NCBI RefSeq assembly: GCF_001194135.2
Contig: NC_068990.1
Span: 22,928,020-22,986,909, forward strand
From: Octopus bimaculoides
Taxonomy: Eukaryota
Direction of reading: 5' to 3'
Length of the DNA stretch: 58,890 bases
A program made the position numbers and the translations under genes. The first letter of the stretch is position 1, and each line of letters starts with the position of its first letter. Below the pieces are notes generated by a model, which worked only from the letters and a program-made list of their open reading frames with translations, was not told where the DNA came from and searched no databases. Below are positions 1 to 13,132 of this stretch, one piece after another.

Positions 1-182
1 ATGGAAAATGGCCTCGTCTGCGCCTTATCCGTCGGTCTCCGTTCACGACGAGGCAATGATTGAAGGGAGCGATCGGGGCCACTCGTATTGCGACGTTAGA
101 GGTGAAATTCTTGGATCGTCGCAAGACGCACTGCAGCGACGGCGTGTGGCAAGTACGTTTTCCTCGATCAAGAGCGAAAGTC
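1..182 (+). rRNA. 18S rRNA fragment (end of V4 through V5), probably an rDNA-derived pseudogene; left end outside window
   Basis: Contains eukaryotic SSU landmarks ATGATT...CTCGTATTGCG...TAGAGGTGAAATTCTTGGA...GCAAGACG...GATCAAGAGCGAAAGTC. Helices still pair (GCGAC...GTCGC; CCTCGTC...GACGAGG). Similarity stops at about 182, where a SINE begins. Confidence 0.88.
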
Positions 183-475
183 CATTTTCAGGAACAGTCC
201 TCAGTCAAATCGTCCAACCCATGCTAGCATGGAAAGCGGACGTTAAACGATGATGATGATGATTATTTCAAATTTTTACCACAAGGGCAGCTTGGGAGAA
301 GGGATTAAGTCGATTACATTGACACCAGTGAATAACTGGTACTTATTTAATCAACCCCAAAAAGACGGAAAGTAAAGTCGACCTCGGGGGAATTTGAACT
401 CAGAACAAAGCGGCAGACGAAATACGGCTAAGCATTTCACCTGTCGTGCTAATGAATCTGCCAGCTTGCCATCTC

Positions 476-526
<51 letters not shown>

Positions 527-626
527 TGTCTAAGGTCCTTGTTGTGACGTGACAAACAGAACAAACCCCTGGTAGACACAATATCTTCAATCAACAACCT
601 CACAATATTGTATACTGTGTGACGTC

Positions 627-664
<38 letters not shown>

Positions 665-1442
665 TAATAATAATAATAATTTTCAACTAGCAATAACTCG
701 GATTTACCTCATTGGCCATGGTACCACCTAATAATGGTCCTTTCTACTATAGGTATAAGGCTAGAAAGTTTTGTTTTTTAGGAGAGGCAGGGCTAGTCGA
801 TTACATTGACCCTAGTGGTCAACTGGTACTGATTTCATCAAACCAAGAGGATGAAAGACCAAATCAATTTTGACAGAATTTGCTCTCAAAGCATAAAAGA
901 CAAACAAAATTCCTCTAAGCATGCTAATGATTCTGCAGGTTCGTCATCTTAACCATAATTATAAAACGATAACACTAATAAAAGAACAAAAACTAAAAGT
1001 ATTAAAATATCCATTTGCAATGAAGAATGTGTTGCTCAATTAGAAAACCATAGCCGTATCCGAGATGGGGGCAATTAGCAGGAATTAAGATGAGGAGAAG
1101 GTCATTAGTTTTGGCAGTGATCAGAATAATTTAAAGCATGCAAATTGCATATTTTCACCCAAGAAGTTATTTCGAAAGAAAAACAGGTAATATAAAGAAT
1201 TTATTTGTGGTTTTTATCTATATATATGTGTAGCATCGTTTAAAAATATTTTCAATTAGCAAAGGTGATTAAGAAGTTGACCTGACCGTTTCGGAGAAGG
1301 AGAGGACACGTTTTAGAAGAGGTAGATAGATGAGAACATGGAAGGTTGAGTTCGATGGCGAACGTAATTTAGATGCTAATTTGTAAACTGATCACATATG
1401 GGGAAACTAATCAGATTTCGTAAATATTCTTACTACCTCTGA

Positions 1443-1753
1443 CACACACACACACACAAATATTTATGTATATATATCTACACACAAACATATTTATACA
1501 TATGTACAGGCATAGACACACACACACTGCACACAAATATTCACATATATATATATATCTACACACAAACATAACATACATATATGCACACACATACACA
1601 CACACACATACAAATATTTATGTATATATATCTACACACAAACATATTTATACATATGTACAGGCATAGACACACACACATTACACACAAATATTCACAT
1701 ATATATATATCTACACACAAACATAACATACATATATGCACACACATACACAC
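1443..1753. repeat. Two-copy tandem duplication of an about 154-bp compound CA/TA unit
   Basis: caaatatttatg...gtacaggcatagac recurs at 1457 and 1611. Confidence 0.9.
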
Positions 1754-2054
1754 ATGTATAAATGTTATATAAATATACATGTATACATGGATGTGAACAC
1801 AGATAAATGCATATACAGATGAACAAGTACACACGCACAAACACATATATATATTTGTGGATATATATATATAAATTTTTTACATCTGTTCTTCCAAGCT
1901 GACATGTGCAAAATGAAACTTGTTGAAGGAGATTTTCTATGGTTAGACAAATTTCTTGATGCCAACCATATATATATATATATACACAAACACAAACAAA
2001 CATGTATGTATATACATATATATATACATACATACATATCTATATATATGTATG

Positions 2055-2153
<99 letters not shown>

Positions 2154-2483
2154 NNNNNNNNNNNNNNNNNNNNNNNNNNNNNNNNNNNNNNNNNNNNNNN
2201 NNNNNNNNNNNNNNNNNNNNNNNNNNNNNNNNNNNNNNNNNNNNNNNNNNNNNNNNNNNNNNNNNNNNNNNNNNNNNNNNNNNNNNNNNNNNNNNNNNNN
2301 NNNNNNNNNNNNNNNNNNNNNNNNNNNNNNNNNNNNNNNNNNNNNNNNNNNNNNNNNNNNNNNNNNNNNNNNNNNNNNNNNNNNNNNNNNNNNNNNNNNN
2401 NNNNNNNNNNNNNNNNNNNNNNNNNNNNNNNNNNNNNNNNNNNNNNNNNNNNNNNNNNNNNNNNNNNNNNNNNNNNNNNNNNN

Positions 2484-2523
<40 letters not shown>

Positions 2524-2538
2524 TATGTATGTATGTAC

Positions 2539-2570
<32 letters not shown>

Positions 2571-2571
2571 T

Positions 2572-3470
2572 TTGGAATTCAAGACGGGATGCCTCTGGGA
2601 GCTACTCTATCCTGATGACCTTGCTCTAATTGCTAAGTCACTCTCAGAACTGGAGGAAAAGTTTCAGGTGTGGAAGCAAGGATTAGAATCGAAGGGCCTT
2701 AGAGTCAACCTAGCTGAAACCAAAGTCCTAATAAGTAGGAAGACAGACAAACCACAAATCCCTTCAGGTAGATGGCCCTGTGCAATCTGTAGAAAAGGTG
2801 TAGGTAGAAACTCTATAAGATGTACCCAATGTAAGCTATGGACACATAAGAGGTGCAGCAATATCAAAGGGAGGCTAACTGGGAATATAGTTTTTGTATG
2901 TGGCAAATGTTCAGGTGCTATAAACACTGAAGATGTACAGAGAACAGCTTCTGTCACATTTCAGAGAGAAAAACTAGAAGTAGTCGATAGCTTCCGTTAC
3001 CTAGGGGACCAAGTCAGTAGTGTCACACCCTAGCAGTTGAGGGAACCTGTGGGAGAGGTAGACCCAGGAAAACCTGGGATGAGGTGGTGAAGCATGACCT
3101 TCGAACATTGGGCCTTACTGAGGCAATGACTAGTGACCAGGACCTTTGGAGATATGCTGTGCTTGAGAAGACCCAACAAGCCAAGTGAGACCATAGCTCA
3201 AGGCCTATGCCAGTGGGTGTAACCAGCCCATTTATGAATACCCCTCATTTATTGGACAATAAACCTTGCTTGTGAAGACACTGAGGCAAGGGAAATCAAA
3301 ATCGAAATTGCTGACGTGGCCGATGACAGTACTGCCTGATTGGCACTCGTGCCAGTGGAATGTTAAAAGCACATCTGAACATGGGGTGTAACCAACCCAC
3401 TTATGAGTACCCCTCCTTCACTGGACAATGAACTTTGCTTGCTTGCGAAGACCTATTGAGGCAAGTGTAA
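2572..3470 (+). mobile_element. RTE-clade LINE relic: RT domains 5-7 with PHD-type finger, internal deletion, C-terminus and 3' UTR
   Basis: Translates as LWELLYPDDLALIA (YADD degraded)...KGLRVNLAETKVL...EVVDSFRYLGDQ. After a jump at about 3020 it reads CHTLAVEGTCGRGRPRKTWDEVVKHDLRTLGL...DLWR* (stop 3188), the typical RTE C-terminal GRPRKTW motif. Confidence 0.88.
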
Positions 3471-3951
3471 ACAAATATATATGAGTATGTGGCATGATTC
3501 TCAAGAAGTAGTATGGCTTTCAATTAGTTAAGAGATTAAGGATATATATAAACTATGTTGCAAATTAATCTATTTTGATAGAATTTAGTGGAATTTTACC
3601 CTAATTTCTTTTTTTTTTCACCTTAAAAACCAAGGTTTAATAAATTGCTAAGAAAATATTCATTTCAAATTTATTCATATTCATTGCAATTAAGCGAATA
3701 AACCAAGAAGCTAATTGGTAATTAACATTAAGAAGTAAAGAAAGTAAACTCATTAAATTTTTAAATATCAATACTGAATTTCATTTCTGTAGTTTTGGCT
3801 ATTGATATTTGATAAAAATCATTGCAAATAGACATTTCAAATAGTCAATGCTTCATTTCCATACATGAAGTACACTCACACACATATGCAAACAGATACA
3901 ATCACACATACACACAGAAGCAAATGTGTGTGTGTGTGTGTGTGCGTGTGC

Positions 3952-3999
<48 letters not shown>

Positions 4000-4181
4000 A
4001 TATATTGTATCTGTTATTTACATCAGCCACTGGGCTGCAGTCAGGCTGGAGCGGCATCTGGAAGGGTCTTAGTCAAACAGATTGACCTCGGTAGAATTTG
4101 AACTCAAAACATAAAAACGAACAAACTGCCATAAGCATTTTGCCTGGTGCGTTAATGATTCTGCTAGCTTGCTGCCTTAAC

Positions 4182-4213
<32 letters not shown>

Positions 4214-4474
4214 TTTCATTTATTTGCCACCAGGGAAAGGACAAGGGGGACAATACAAAAGAGACATAGAGCGAGGGGGGATTACATATAATGAAATGAT
4301 AGAATAAATAAATAAATAATTTTAAAAATAATGATAATCCTTTCTACTAAAGGTACAAGGGCTGAAATTTTGGGGAAGGGGTAAGTCGATTTCATCAGCC
4401 CCAGTGTTTCACTGGTACTTAATTCATTGACCCTGAAAGGATGAAAGGTAATTTTTAAAAACACCCCCAACACA

Positions 4475-4540
<66 letters not shown>

Positions 4541-5069
4541 CGCGTGCGTGCGTGTGTGTGTGTGTATGCAGCATAATTTCAAGAGCAACATGGTCAGAGA
4601 AGGCTTGGCAAAAAATAACTATAGAAGCGGAATAAGGGACAGAGAGAAAGAGGTGTCCAGCCAATGTAAATAGAATATTAAGAATTTAAATTTGATGAAT
4701 TTGAAGACCAACAATTACAGAGAAATTTTTTTAAAAAACCCAGCACATTCATTGCTAAATAGTGAGTAATTGATTTCGTTTGTCTTTTAGGATTATTATT
4801 TATTATATATCTTTTTTTTTTCTTAACAGAGTTTTAAACTTTTAAGGATATAGCAGGAGGAACATGATGTAGCGATAACTTAAGGGCAACAGCATATTCC
4901 TTAAGTAGGGATGAAATTATAAAGAAATACACACCAGATCATATACACACACATATATATGTGTATGTATATGCATGTGGTTTTTTTCCCTTTTCTTTTT
5001 CACTACAAGATATATATCTCACAGAACATTAATCATTTGAAATATTGCTTTGATAAAAAGGTGAAATTT

Positions 5070-5114
<45 letters not shown>

Positions 5115-8100
5115 GTATTATCGTTTTTTTTATTTTTTTATTTTCTTCTTCTCTGGTGCTGTTTCTGTTAAAATATGTATGGCCTCAAGTAATTTTTAAT
5201 ATAATGTGAAACTGAATAGGTCTTAATGATAGCTTTAATTTAGAAATATGAAAAAAAAATAAAAGAAAGAAAAAAAGACAAAATGTACGAAGGAAAAGAA
5301 GAAAAAAAATAGTATCAATTGGTGGAGACGGGGAGGGGGTACGAGTATGAAGAGAATACCTTTTGTCTAATACACAGCNNNNNNNNNNNNNNNNNNNNNN
5401 NNNNNNNNNNNNNNNNNNNNNNNNNNNNNNNNNNNNNNNNNNNNNNNNNNNNNNNNNNNNNNNNNNNNNNNNNNNNNNNNNNNNNNNNNNNNNNNNNNNN
5501 NNNNNNNNNNNNNNNNNNNNNNNNNNNNNNNNNNNNNNNNNNNNNNNNNNNNNNNNNNNNNNNNNNNNNNNNNNNNNNNNNNNNNNNNNNNNNNNNNNNN
5601 NNNNNNNNNNNNNNNNNNNNNNNNNNNNNNNNNNNNNNNNNNNNNAAGAATGCACTGAAGATAATAATTTCAGTAGGAACACCATACTATGACAGAAATA
5701 CTGAGTTAATGACAGTCTCTATATGGTAGCTTGACCTGCATGAAATAGCAGCTAAATTACCTTTAATCCTGGAGTATTTATTTAACCCAGGGTGCTTGAC
5801 CTTTTTCCTTTTGTAGCCCCCGCCTACCTCCTTTTAAGTAGTTGTTATGCCTAGCACCCACCAAAGTGGTAAGTGAGGTGTCTTTTTTTTTTTGACCCCC
5901 TTCGGTCACGAATGACCATGGGATTGCACCTAGAAAATTACCCTCCAAGGCACAAGTCCGGACAAGGTTGTTTATGAAAGACCAGCAGTCGCCCATGCAT
6001 ACCGGCCTCTCCTCTCCATGCCACTGATGTTATCGAAGGGAAAGACAGAGGCCGGTACAGCTTGGCACCAGTGATGTCGCAACTCATTTCTACAGCTGAG
6101 TGGATTGGAGCAACGAGAAATAAAGTGTCTTGTTCAAGAACACAACATGCAGCCTGGTCCGGGATTCGAACTCACAACCTCACGGTTGTAAGATCGACGC
6201 TCTAACCACCGAGCCATGTGAGGTGTCACAACTAAACTAACTAAACATGGATAATAATTTATAAATTTTATTCTGAAAATGGATTCTATAAACTTTTAAC
6301 TGTGAAAGGACAAAAGTCCTAAATTTATTTCATACATTGCAAGTTAATGACTTCCCCATGCCTGATGAGATCATCATCATCATCATCATCATTTAACATC
6401 CGTTGTCCATGCTGGCATGGGTTGGATGGTCTGACCAGGGCTAGTAAGCTAGAAGGCTGCACCAGACTCCAGTCCCTTTTGGGCATGGTTTTCTATGGCT
6501 AGATGCCCTTCCTAATGCCAACCACTTCGAGAGTGTAATGGGTGCTTTTACGTGCCACCAGTATCTGCCACAACTGCAGTTTTCCTTGGCTCGATGAGTC
6601 TTCTTCTCAAGCATGGCATAATGCCAAATGGACATTGTCATTGCCTCCGTGAGGTCCAACACTTGAAACCTGGCATACGGTCAAATGGTCTCGGTCCTTG
6701 CCAGCATGAGGCCCAACACTCGAAAGGTGCCTTTACATGCCACTAGCATGGTGCCATTTATGTGACACACTGGCATCTGCCATGACTGCAGTTTTGATGG
6801 GTCTTCTCGTTTTATTTTAATAATCATAACTAGTTTTATCCTGTATAATATAAATACTACTACAAGTAAAATTTAGTATGTTAATTATGTTACCCCACTG
6901 CCCCCTAAAGGAAGGTGGCATCACCCACATTAAAAACCTTTGATTGGAACCTTTTAATACCAACCCACTTGAGTTTGTCCCCTGTTTTTATAATACAGAC
7001 TTTCTATCTTAACCCTTTAGTGTTCAGAATACTTTGGAAAAAGTCAAATGTAATGCTTGTTTATTCACATGGTTTTGAATTAATCAAGAATCATAACTAA
7101 CCACACCATCAAAATCTCGAAGCTACGAGATAATACGTGTCTAATTCAAAACAATGAGAACAAATAAGCTATACATTTGACGAGTGAAGGTACATGGCTC
7201 ACTGGTCAGAGTGTCGGGCTTACAATCATGAGGTAGTGAGTTCGATTCCCAGACCGAGCTGTGTTCATCTGTAGAAATGAATTGCCAAGCTGTATCGGCC
7301 TTTGCTTTCCCCTTGGATAACATCAGTGGCACGGAGAGGGAAGAATGGCATGCATGGGTGACTGTTGGTCTTCCATAAACAACCTTGTCTGGACTTGTGC
7401 CTCAGAGGATAACTTTCTAAGTGCTATCCCATGGCCACTCACGACTGAAGGGGCTCTTTACCCGTTACCCTATGTACATGTAACGATGTGGTGATTGGAG
7501 TTTGGTATGCATGGGCGACTGCTGGCCTTCCATAAACAACCTTGCCTGGACTTGTGTCTCGGAGGGTAACTTTAAGTGCAATCCATTCAAATTTTGCCAC
7601 AAGGGCAGCAATTTTGGGGGAGGGGATGAGTCGATTACATCAACCCCAGTGTTCAACTGGTAATTATCTTATTGACCCTGAAAGGATGAAAGGCAAAGTC
7701 GACCTCAGCAGAATTTGAACTCAGAACATAATGGAAGTTGAAATAACACAAAGCATTTCACCCGGCTTGCTAACAATTCTGCCAGCTCGCCCTGTTGATA
7801 ATTATATAGATGATGATGGTGATTTCAAATTTTGGCACAAGGCCGGCAATTTCAAGGGAGTGGGTAAGCCAATTATATCAACTACAGTGGTCTACTGGTG
7901 CCTATTTTACAGACTCTGAAATAATTGAAAGGTAAAGCCGACCTCAGCAGAATTTGGACTCAGAATGTCAAGATAGATAAAAAGCCGCTAAGCATTTTGC
8001 CTGGTGCACTAACAATTTTGCCAGCTTGGTACATAATAATAATAATAACAATAATAATAATAATAATAATAATAATAATTTTAAAATTTAAAAAAAAGAA

Positions 8101-8784
8101 AAAAACCCAAAACATGATCTTTCTTCAAAAGTAGACAGGAGAAAAGCTTGACAACTGTTAATAGAAGACAGAACTGAAGAATGGTAAATTGCATGGAAGT
8201 CTTGAAAGGATAATAAGTACACTTGGCAATTGAGATTTCTACGTTTGGCAAAACTAGACGATTCTTTTATTTCATTTCAATTACAGTCATTGAGCTAAAA
8301 ACAATTGAAACATTAAATGAATTTTAAAAACACCCTTCAAGACATTCTACTGTAACTTTTCTGTGCGTGTGTGTAAATAGTTACAGAAGAACAAAGTGAA
8401 ACAGACCTATGTGAACATGTATGTTTAATTTTGTACAAGGTATATTAGTGCATGCATTTATGCAAATCTGTGTGTGTGTGTATTATATATATCCACATAC
8501 ACAGATACATATATATATTCATACACACGCACATACATATATATATATTTATACACATGCACATATATAACTACATATCCACACATACACATACATGATG
8601 TGTCCCATAAGTCAGTCAGGATTTTGAATGTAAATTACTTCAATACATTATTCAGTGATTAGACACACTGAGCATATGTGTACATGTACACCCACATAAG
8701 AATTGAGAAAGCAAAAAATTCAATAGACTGTAAGTGTGTGCGTGTGTGTGTGTGTGTGTATATATACATATATGCATGTGTGTA

Positions 8785-8834
<50 letters not shown>

Positions 8835-9264
8835 CGTGCACATACACATACAAAGTTGGTAATGAGAAGGAACCAAGAAAATTTAACGAAACAAACTCTA
8901 TATTTCTTTCTTTCTTTAATCTCCCTCTCTTTCTCTCTCTCTCTCTCTTTATATACCATTATAGATTAAGTTCATTAAGTAATTAGCTCTATATGCAATA
9001 TTCTAAAAACTAAAAGAAACAGGAGGAAAAAAAGAGTTAACAATTAGCAGCTTTTGTTTTAATTTATCTTGAGGTACTTTGCAGCAAAAATTACATCAAA
9101 ATATCTTTAAAAATAATGAAAATAAAAAAAATTTATTTATTTTCTTTCAAATTCCAAATTCTACAGGGCAAATGGTAAAATAATGTTCATACCATAAATG
9201 AAAATAACTGGTTTTGATGAAGCAAGAATATAATTTTCCTTTCTTTGTCAAGAGGTGGGTGACG

Positions 9265-9308
<44 letters not shown>

Positions 9309-10355
9309 AGTTAGATAAAGATAGATTACAATATTAGTGCAACTCTTTGTTAATTCTGGCAGTATAAGCGATGCCAATGCCGGAAAATGTAAGAGGCACT
9401 ATAAAGCTAAGCCTGCAAGAAACAGCAGTCAGATCTCCCTCAAAAGAAGAGGAAGGACAGGCGAAATAAAGTAATCTTAGATTATGATAGTCAAAGATGT
9501 AATGTTTAACTCAGGTTATTTTGTCAAATTCAATATTTACTTATCCACATTGTTTTGAATTAATCGTGCATTATTTGGTAACTGAGATTTTGATAATGTG
9601 ATCAATTATTTCCGGAATGACATCACAGGGTTGGCATGTGAAGTTTGGACCTGGCTAGATTAACCGTAAAAGAGATAGAATATTTGGGCTGAATATGGCT
9701 GACTGAAATGCTAAAGGGTTAACTGGGAGCTAAGCAACAGCTGATATTGTAAAACATTCGAATCAACACTTTGCACAAAACAAAACCATTTTTTATGGTA
9801 TACAGGTCGAAATGTCATGGTCAGTATTTACACCCCAAAAATGTAGGTCAATTTTTATATCAAAATGATTTGGGAGGACCAAAAGCTTATTCAAAATGCA
9901 GCAGGATTTGATAAAATAGTAAAGATGTTTGAAAGCTGACACTACATTCTTACAAAGTAGTAAGAAACTCTCAGCTGAAGGTCTTCAAAGGAGTAACCCA
10001 CCAAAGGCTCATGTTTTGGCCCTGGACTTCTTTCATTCTAAGGGGGCAGGCCACATTCAGGTCATGACTCCTGGGTGCCATTCTGCTGACATTTTTTTAA
10101 CCAGTTGGATATTAGAGACTTGGGCATTTAAACTGCTTGGAGATTTTATTTAGCTGTATCTCTTCTCCGTTGACTCAGCTTCCAAACATGAAGAAATAAC
10201 ATTGGTTGTCATGGAAACAGTGAAATGTCAACACTGTTACATTGACTCACTTGAGAATTTCTTACCACCAGCTTGTACTTCAGAAAATAGAGAATCCAGA
10301 CTGAGTTCCTGGCAGTCCCAAAATAAGTGAATTGCAAAACACCATACTTATGGTA

Positions 10356-10565
10356 ACTCTTTACTCGTTTTACTTGTTTCAGTCATTTGACTGTGGCCAT
10401 GCTGGAGCACTGCCTTTAGTCGAGCAAATCGACCCCAGGACTTTGTAAGCCTAGTACTTATTCTATTGGTCTCTTTTGCCAAAGCGCTAAGTTACGGGGA
10501 TGTAAACACAACAGCATCAGTTGTCAAGCGATGTTGGGGGGACAAACACAGGCACACAAACATAT

Positions 10566-10650
<85 letters not shown>

Positions 10651-10822
10651 CATACATATATACGACAGGCTTCTTTCAGTTTCCATCTACCAAATCCACT
10701 CACAAGGCTTTGGTCGGCCCGAGGCTATAGTTGAAAACACTTGCCCAAGGTGCCACGCAGTAGGACTGAACCCGGAACCATGTGGTTCGTAAGCAAGCTA
10801 CTTACCACACAGCCACTCCTAC
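10356..10822 (-). mobile_element. tRNA-derived SINE family A, full copy with internal (TA)n expansion
   Basis: Minus strand starts gtggctgtgtggtaagtagcttgctt...ggttcagtcct (Pol III A/B-box-like). The same body recurs more than 10 times in the window. Confidence 0.85.
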
Positions 10823-10967
10823 TTTGCATATTTTATGTAAAATACTTTCCATGTAGACAAAATCAATGTCCTAGGACTTGAGTAATATCCAGGGGTCCAT
10901 GATGAAAAAAAATTATAAAGTGTTGAAAAAAAAAAAAAAGAAAAGCATACAATCTGTTATTACTCAC

Positions 10968-11199
10968 CAAATCAATAGTTTTTGCATTTTTCAATTCTTT
11001 TGTACTGCACCAAGTCTCACACCAGAGCCATTCCTGAGGTAACGATTTGATAGCCACTTGGTGGATCATGTTATTAGGCAGATCTTGATCTAAATTGGCA
11101 AGGCTGTTTGGATCTTGGCTCAAACCTTGGTACTGGCCTCTCAAACGATCTCCAGCTGCTATCCGACGGAATTTTTTCAAATCAACAACATAGAGGGCA
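10968..11199 (-). CDS. UGGT: UGGT exon (232 nt, phase 2 to phase 0), contains DQD motif
   Basis: ccaccacag|T GCC CTC TAT...GAT TTG|gtgagt encodes [77 protein letters not shown] (inside ORF 10863-11390). Confidence 0.97.
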
Positions 11200-12311
11200 C
11201 TGTGGTGGTAGAAGAAGAAGAACAACAATAACAACAATAATAATAAAACAAAAGTTTCATGAGCTTTGAGAAATAAAAGAAAATAAACATAACAAGAAAC
11301 ATGCTGTGGAAAACAGTAGTGTGGAAGGGGAAGGAGACAGTCCCCTCCAGTGACGCTTTTATAAGGGAAATACTTTTGGACCTGATGCATAAAGCTCTAT
11401 AGGCTGGGGAGGTGGGACGATGTTGGGGGGAGATCATGGGCTATCCTGGGTGCCACTCTCTCACTATACCACTGGTGTTTCAAGCAAATTCCCTTTTCTC
11501 TAGGAGAAAGCAATTTAAACACTTGAGGATAGATGCAAGCATATAAGGTTTTAGATTACGAGGATTATGGGAGTGTTTTTCTCATTAGAAACTTTGGCAT
11601 TGATGAGAAAGTATGTGATCTGATCAAAGTTGTAAACACATCTTTTAATACAATTCTTTTAGTGTCTCCATGCAGTCATGTGGTTATCGAATGAGATTCC
11701 TGTACACCAACCCATAACTATTTCATTTTCTTGACTTATTCACTTGTTATTTCAATTTTCAGACTTGCTGACCAAAAGTCTATGCAAACAAAGAACTGTT
11801 TACATACAAGAAAATGGTACCGCCTCTTGATGATAAAGGGTAGCACTACACCACAGTAGTAGAAGTGAAGGAAACAAGAGTGGGATAGATATTTTAAGAC
11901 ACTGAATGAAACACGCTCTATGTGAATAATCCGCATGGAGAGTACCACTGGCAAAAAAGAGCTGTAACTCAGGACTGCAAATTTCCTGTAGCAAACAGAA
12001 ATAACACACTCAAGCAGAATGGTTACAATTAACATTTTAAGTTTACACAAGTTAGAGCCTTTAGTCTAACAACAATTATTTCTTGGTGAACCGCTTCGTT
12101 ACCATATTTCTGTTGAAACACTTCACCTTTGTTTCAACAATTAATTTTGAAAATAATGAAGTATTTAGTAAAGTAACTTTGTTGTCATTAATCTAGAGTT
12201 TGGAGCATAAATTAACATGGAATTTTGATGGCCGGCTTTTAATGTGAAAGAATGATGAAGAACTAAAAAGAAAAAGGAAAAAAAAAAGACAAGAAATTTC
12301 AAACACTTTAC

Positions 12312-12368
12312 CTGATATGATATTTACGGCCACCTAAGTGACTTGCCCAATATCCTGATTTCCAGAAT
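12312..12368 (-). CDS. UGGT: UGGT exon (57 nt, phase 2 to phase 2)
   Basis: ccatttcag|A TTC TGG AAA TCA GGA TAT TGG...CAT ATC AG|gtaaag encodes FWKSGYWASHLGGRKYHI(S), the conserved UGGT FWKxGYW...YHIS motif, with compatible phases on both sides. Confidence 0.96.
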
Positions 12369-12686
12369 CTGAAATGGTATATAGATAGGTTTTAGGACAT
12401 TTTCATTTCTGACATGAAAAGAAGAATGAAATAAAGAAACTAGTAATTAACAGGTGACTGAGTAGATTTTCATTTCACCTATAAATACTATACAATCACC
12501 TAAAACTCACAGTAATTCTCAATACTTGAAACATATATAATGTAGATAACTTTATAGTTATTTATTTGAAAGCCTTAGTTATGATAATAATAATCCCTCA
12601 TCATATCGTGGTTTATTATTTAAGCTTGTGTTGATTCCTCCGTGCTGTTGTTTTGGATTTATAGTAAAATATATACAAATTATAAT

Positions 12687-13073
12687 ACTCTTTCACTTGT
12701 TTCAGTCATTTGACCGTGGTCATGCTGGAGCACCGCCTTTAATCGAGCAAATCGACCCCAGGATTTATTCTTTGTAAGCCTAGTATTTATTCTATTGGTC
12801 TCTTTTGCCGAACCACTAAGTTACGGGGACATAAACACACCAGTATTGGTTGTCAAGCAATGTTGGGAAGACGTAGACACACATACATACATATATATAC
12901 ATATATACGACGGGCTTCTTTCAGTTTCTGTCTACCAAATCCACTCACAAGGCTTTGGTCGGCCCGAGGCTATAGTAGAAAACACTTGCCCAAGGTGCCA
13001 CACAGTGGGACTGAACCTGGGACCATGTGGTTCGTAAGCAAGCTACTTACCACACAGCCTCTCCTACGCCTAT
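12687..13073 (-). mobile_element. SINE family A copy
   Basis: Near-identical to 10356-10822 except for a shorter internal microsatellite. Confidence 0.85.
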
Positions 13074-13132
13074 GATAATTAAAATAATAATAATAATTTT
13101 AAAAATAGTATACAGTACTGTACTGTTTCTAC

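Noticed and set aside
8-253. 81-aa ORF at window start
   Set aside because: It is 18S rRNA sequence running into a repeat.
9900-10330. Moderately GC-rich unique stretch considered as the missing last UGGT exon
   Set aside because: No CNNP/KEPKL/PEW-like peptide in the frames I translated, which contain several stops; left unassigned.
10863-10967. Read-through of the UGGT exon giving a hydrophobic alternative C-terminus ([14 protein letters not shown]...)
   Set aside because: A strong GTGAGT donor marks the exon end, and the hydrophobic run comes from a poly-T tract.
11736-12050. 104-aa hydrophobic minus-strand ORF in a UGGT intron
   Set aside because: No recognisable motif or convincing splice sites, and UGGT exons on either side already join in frame.
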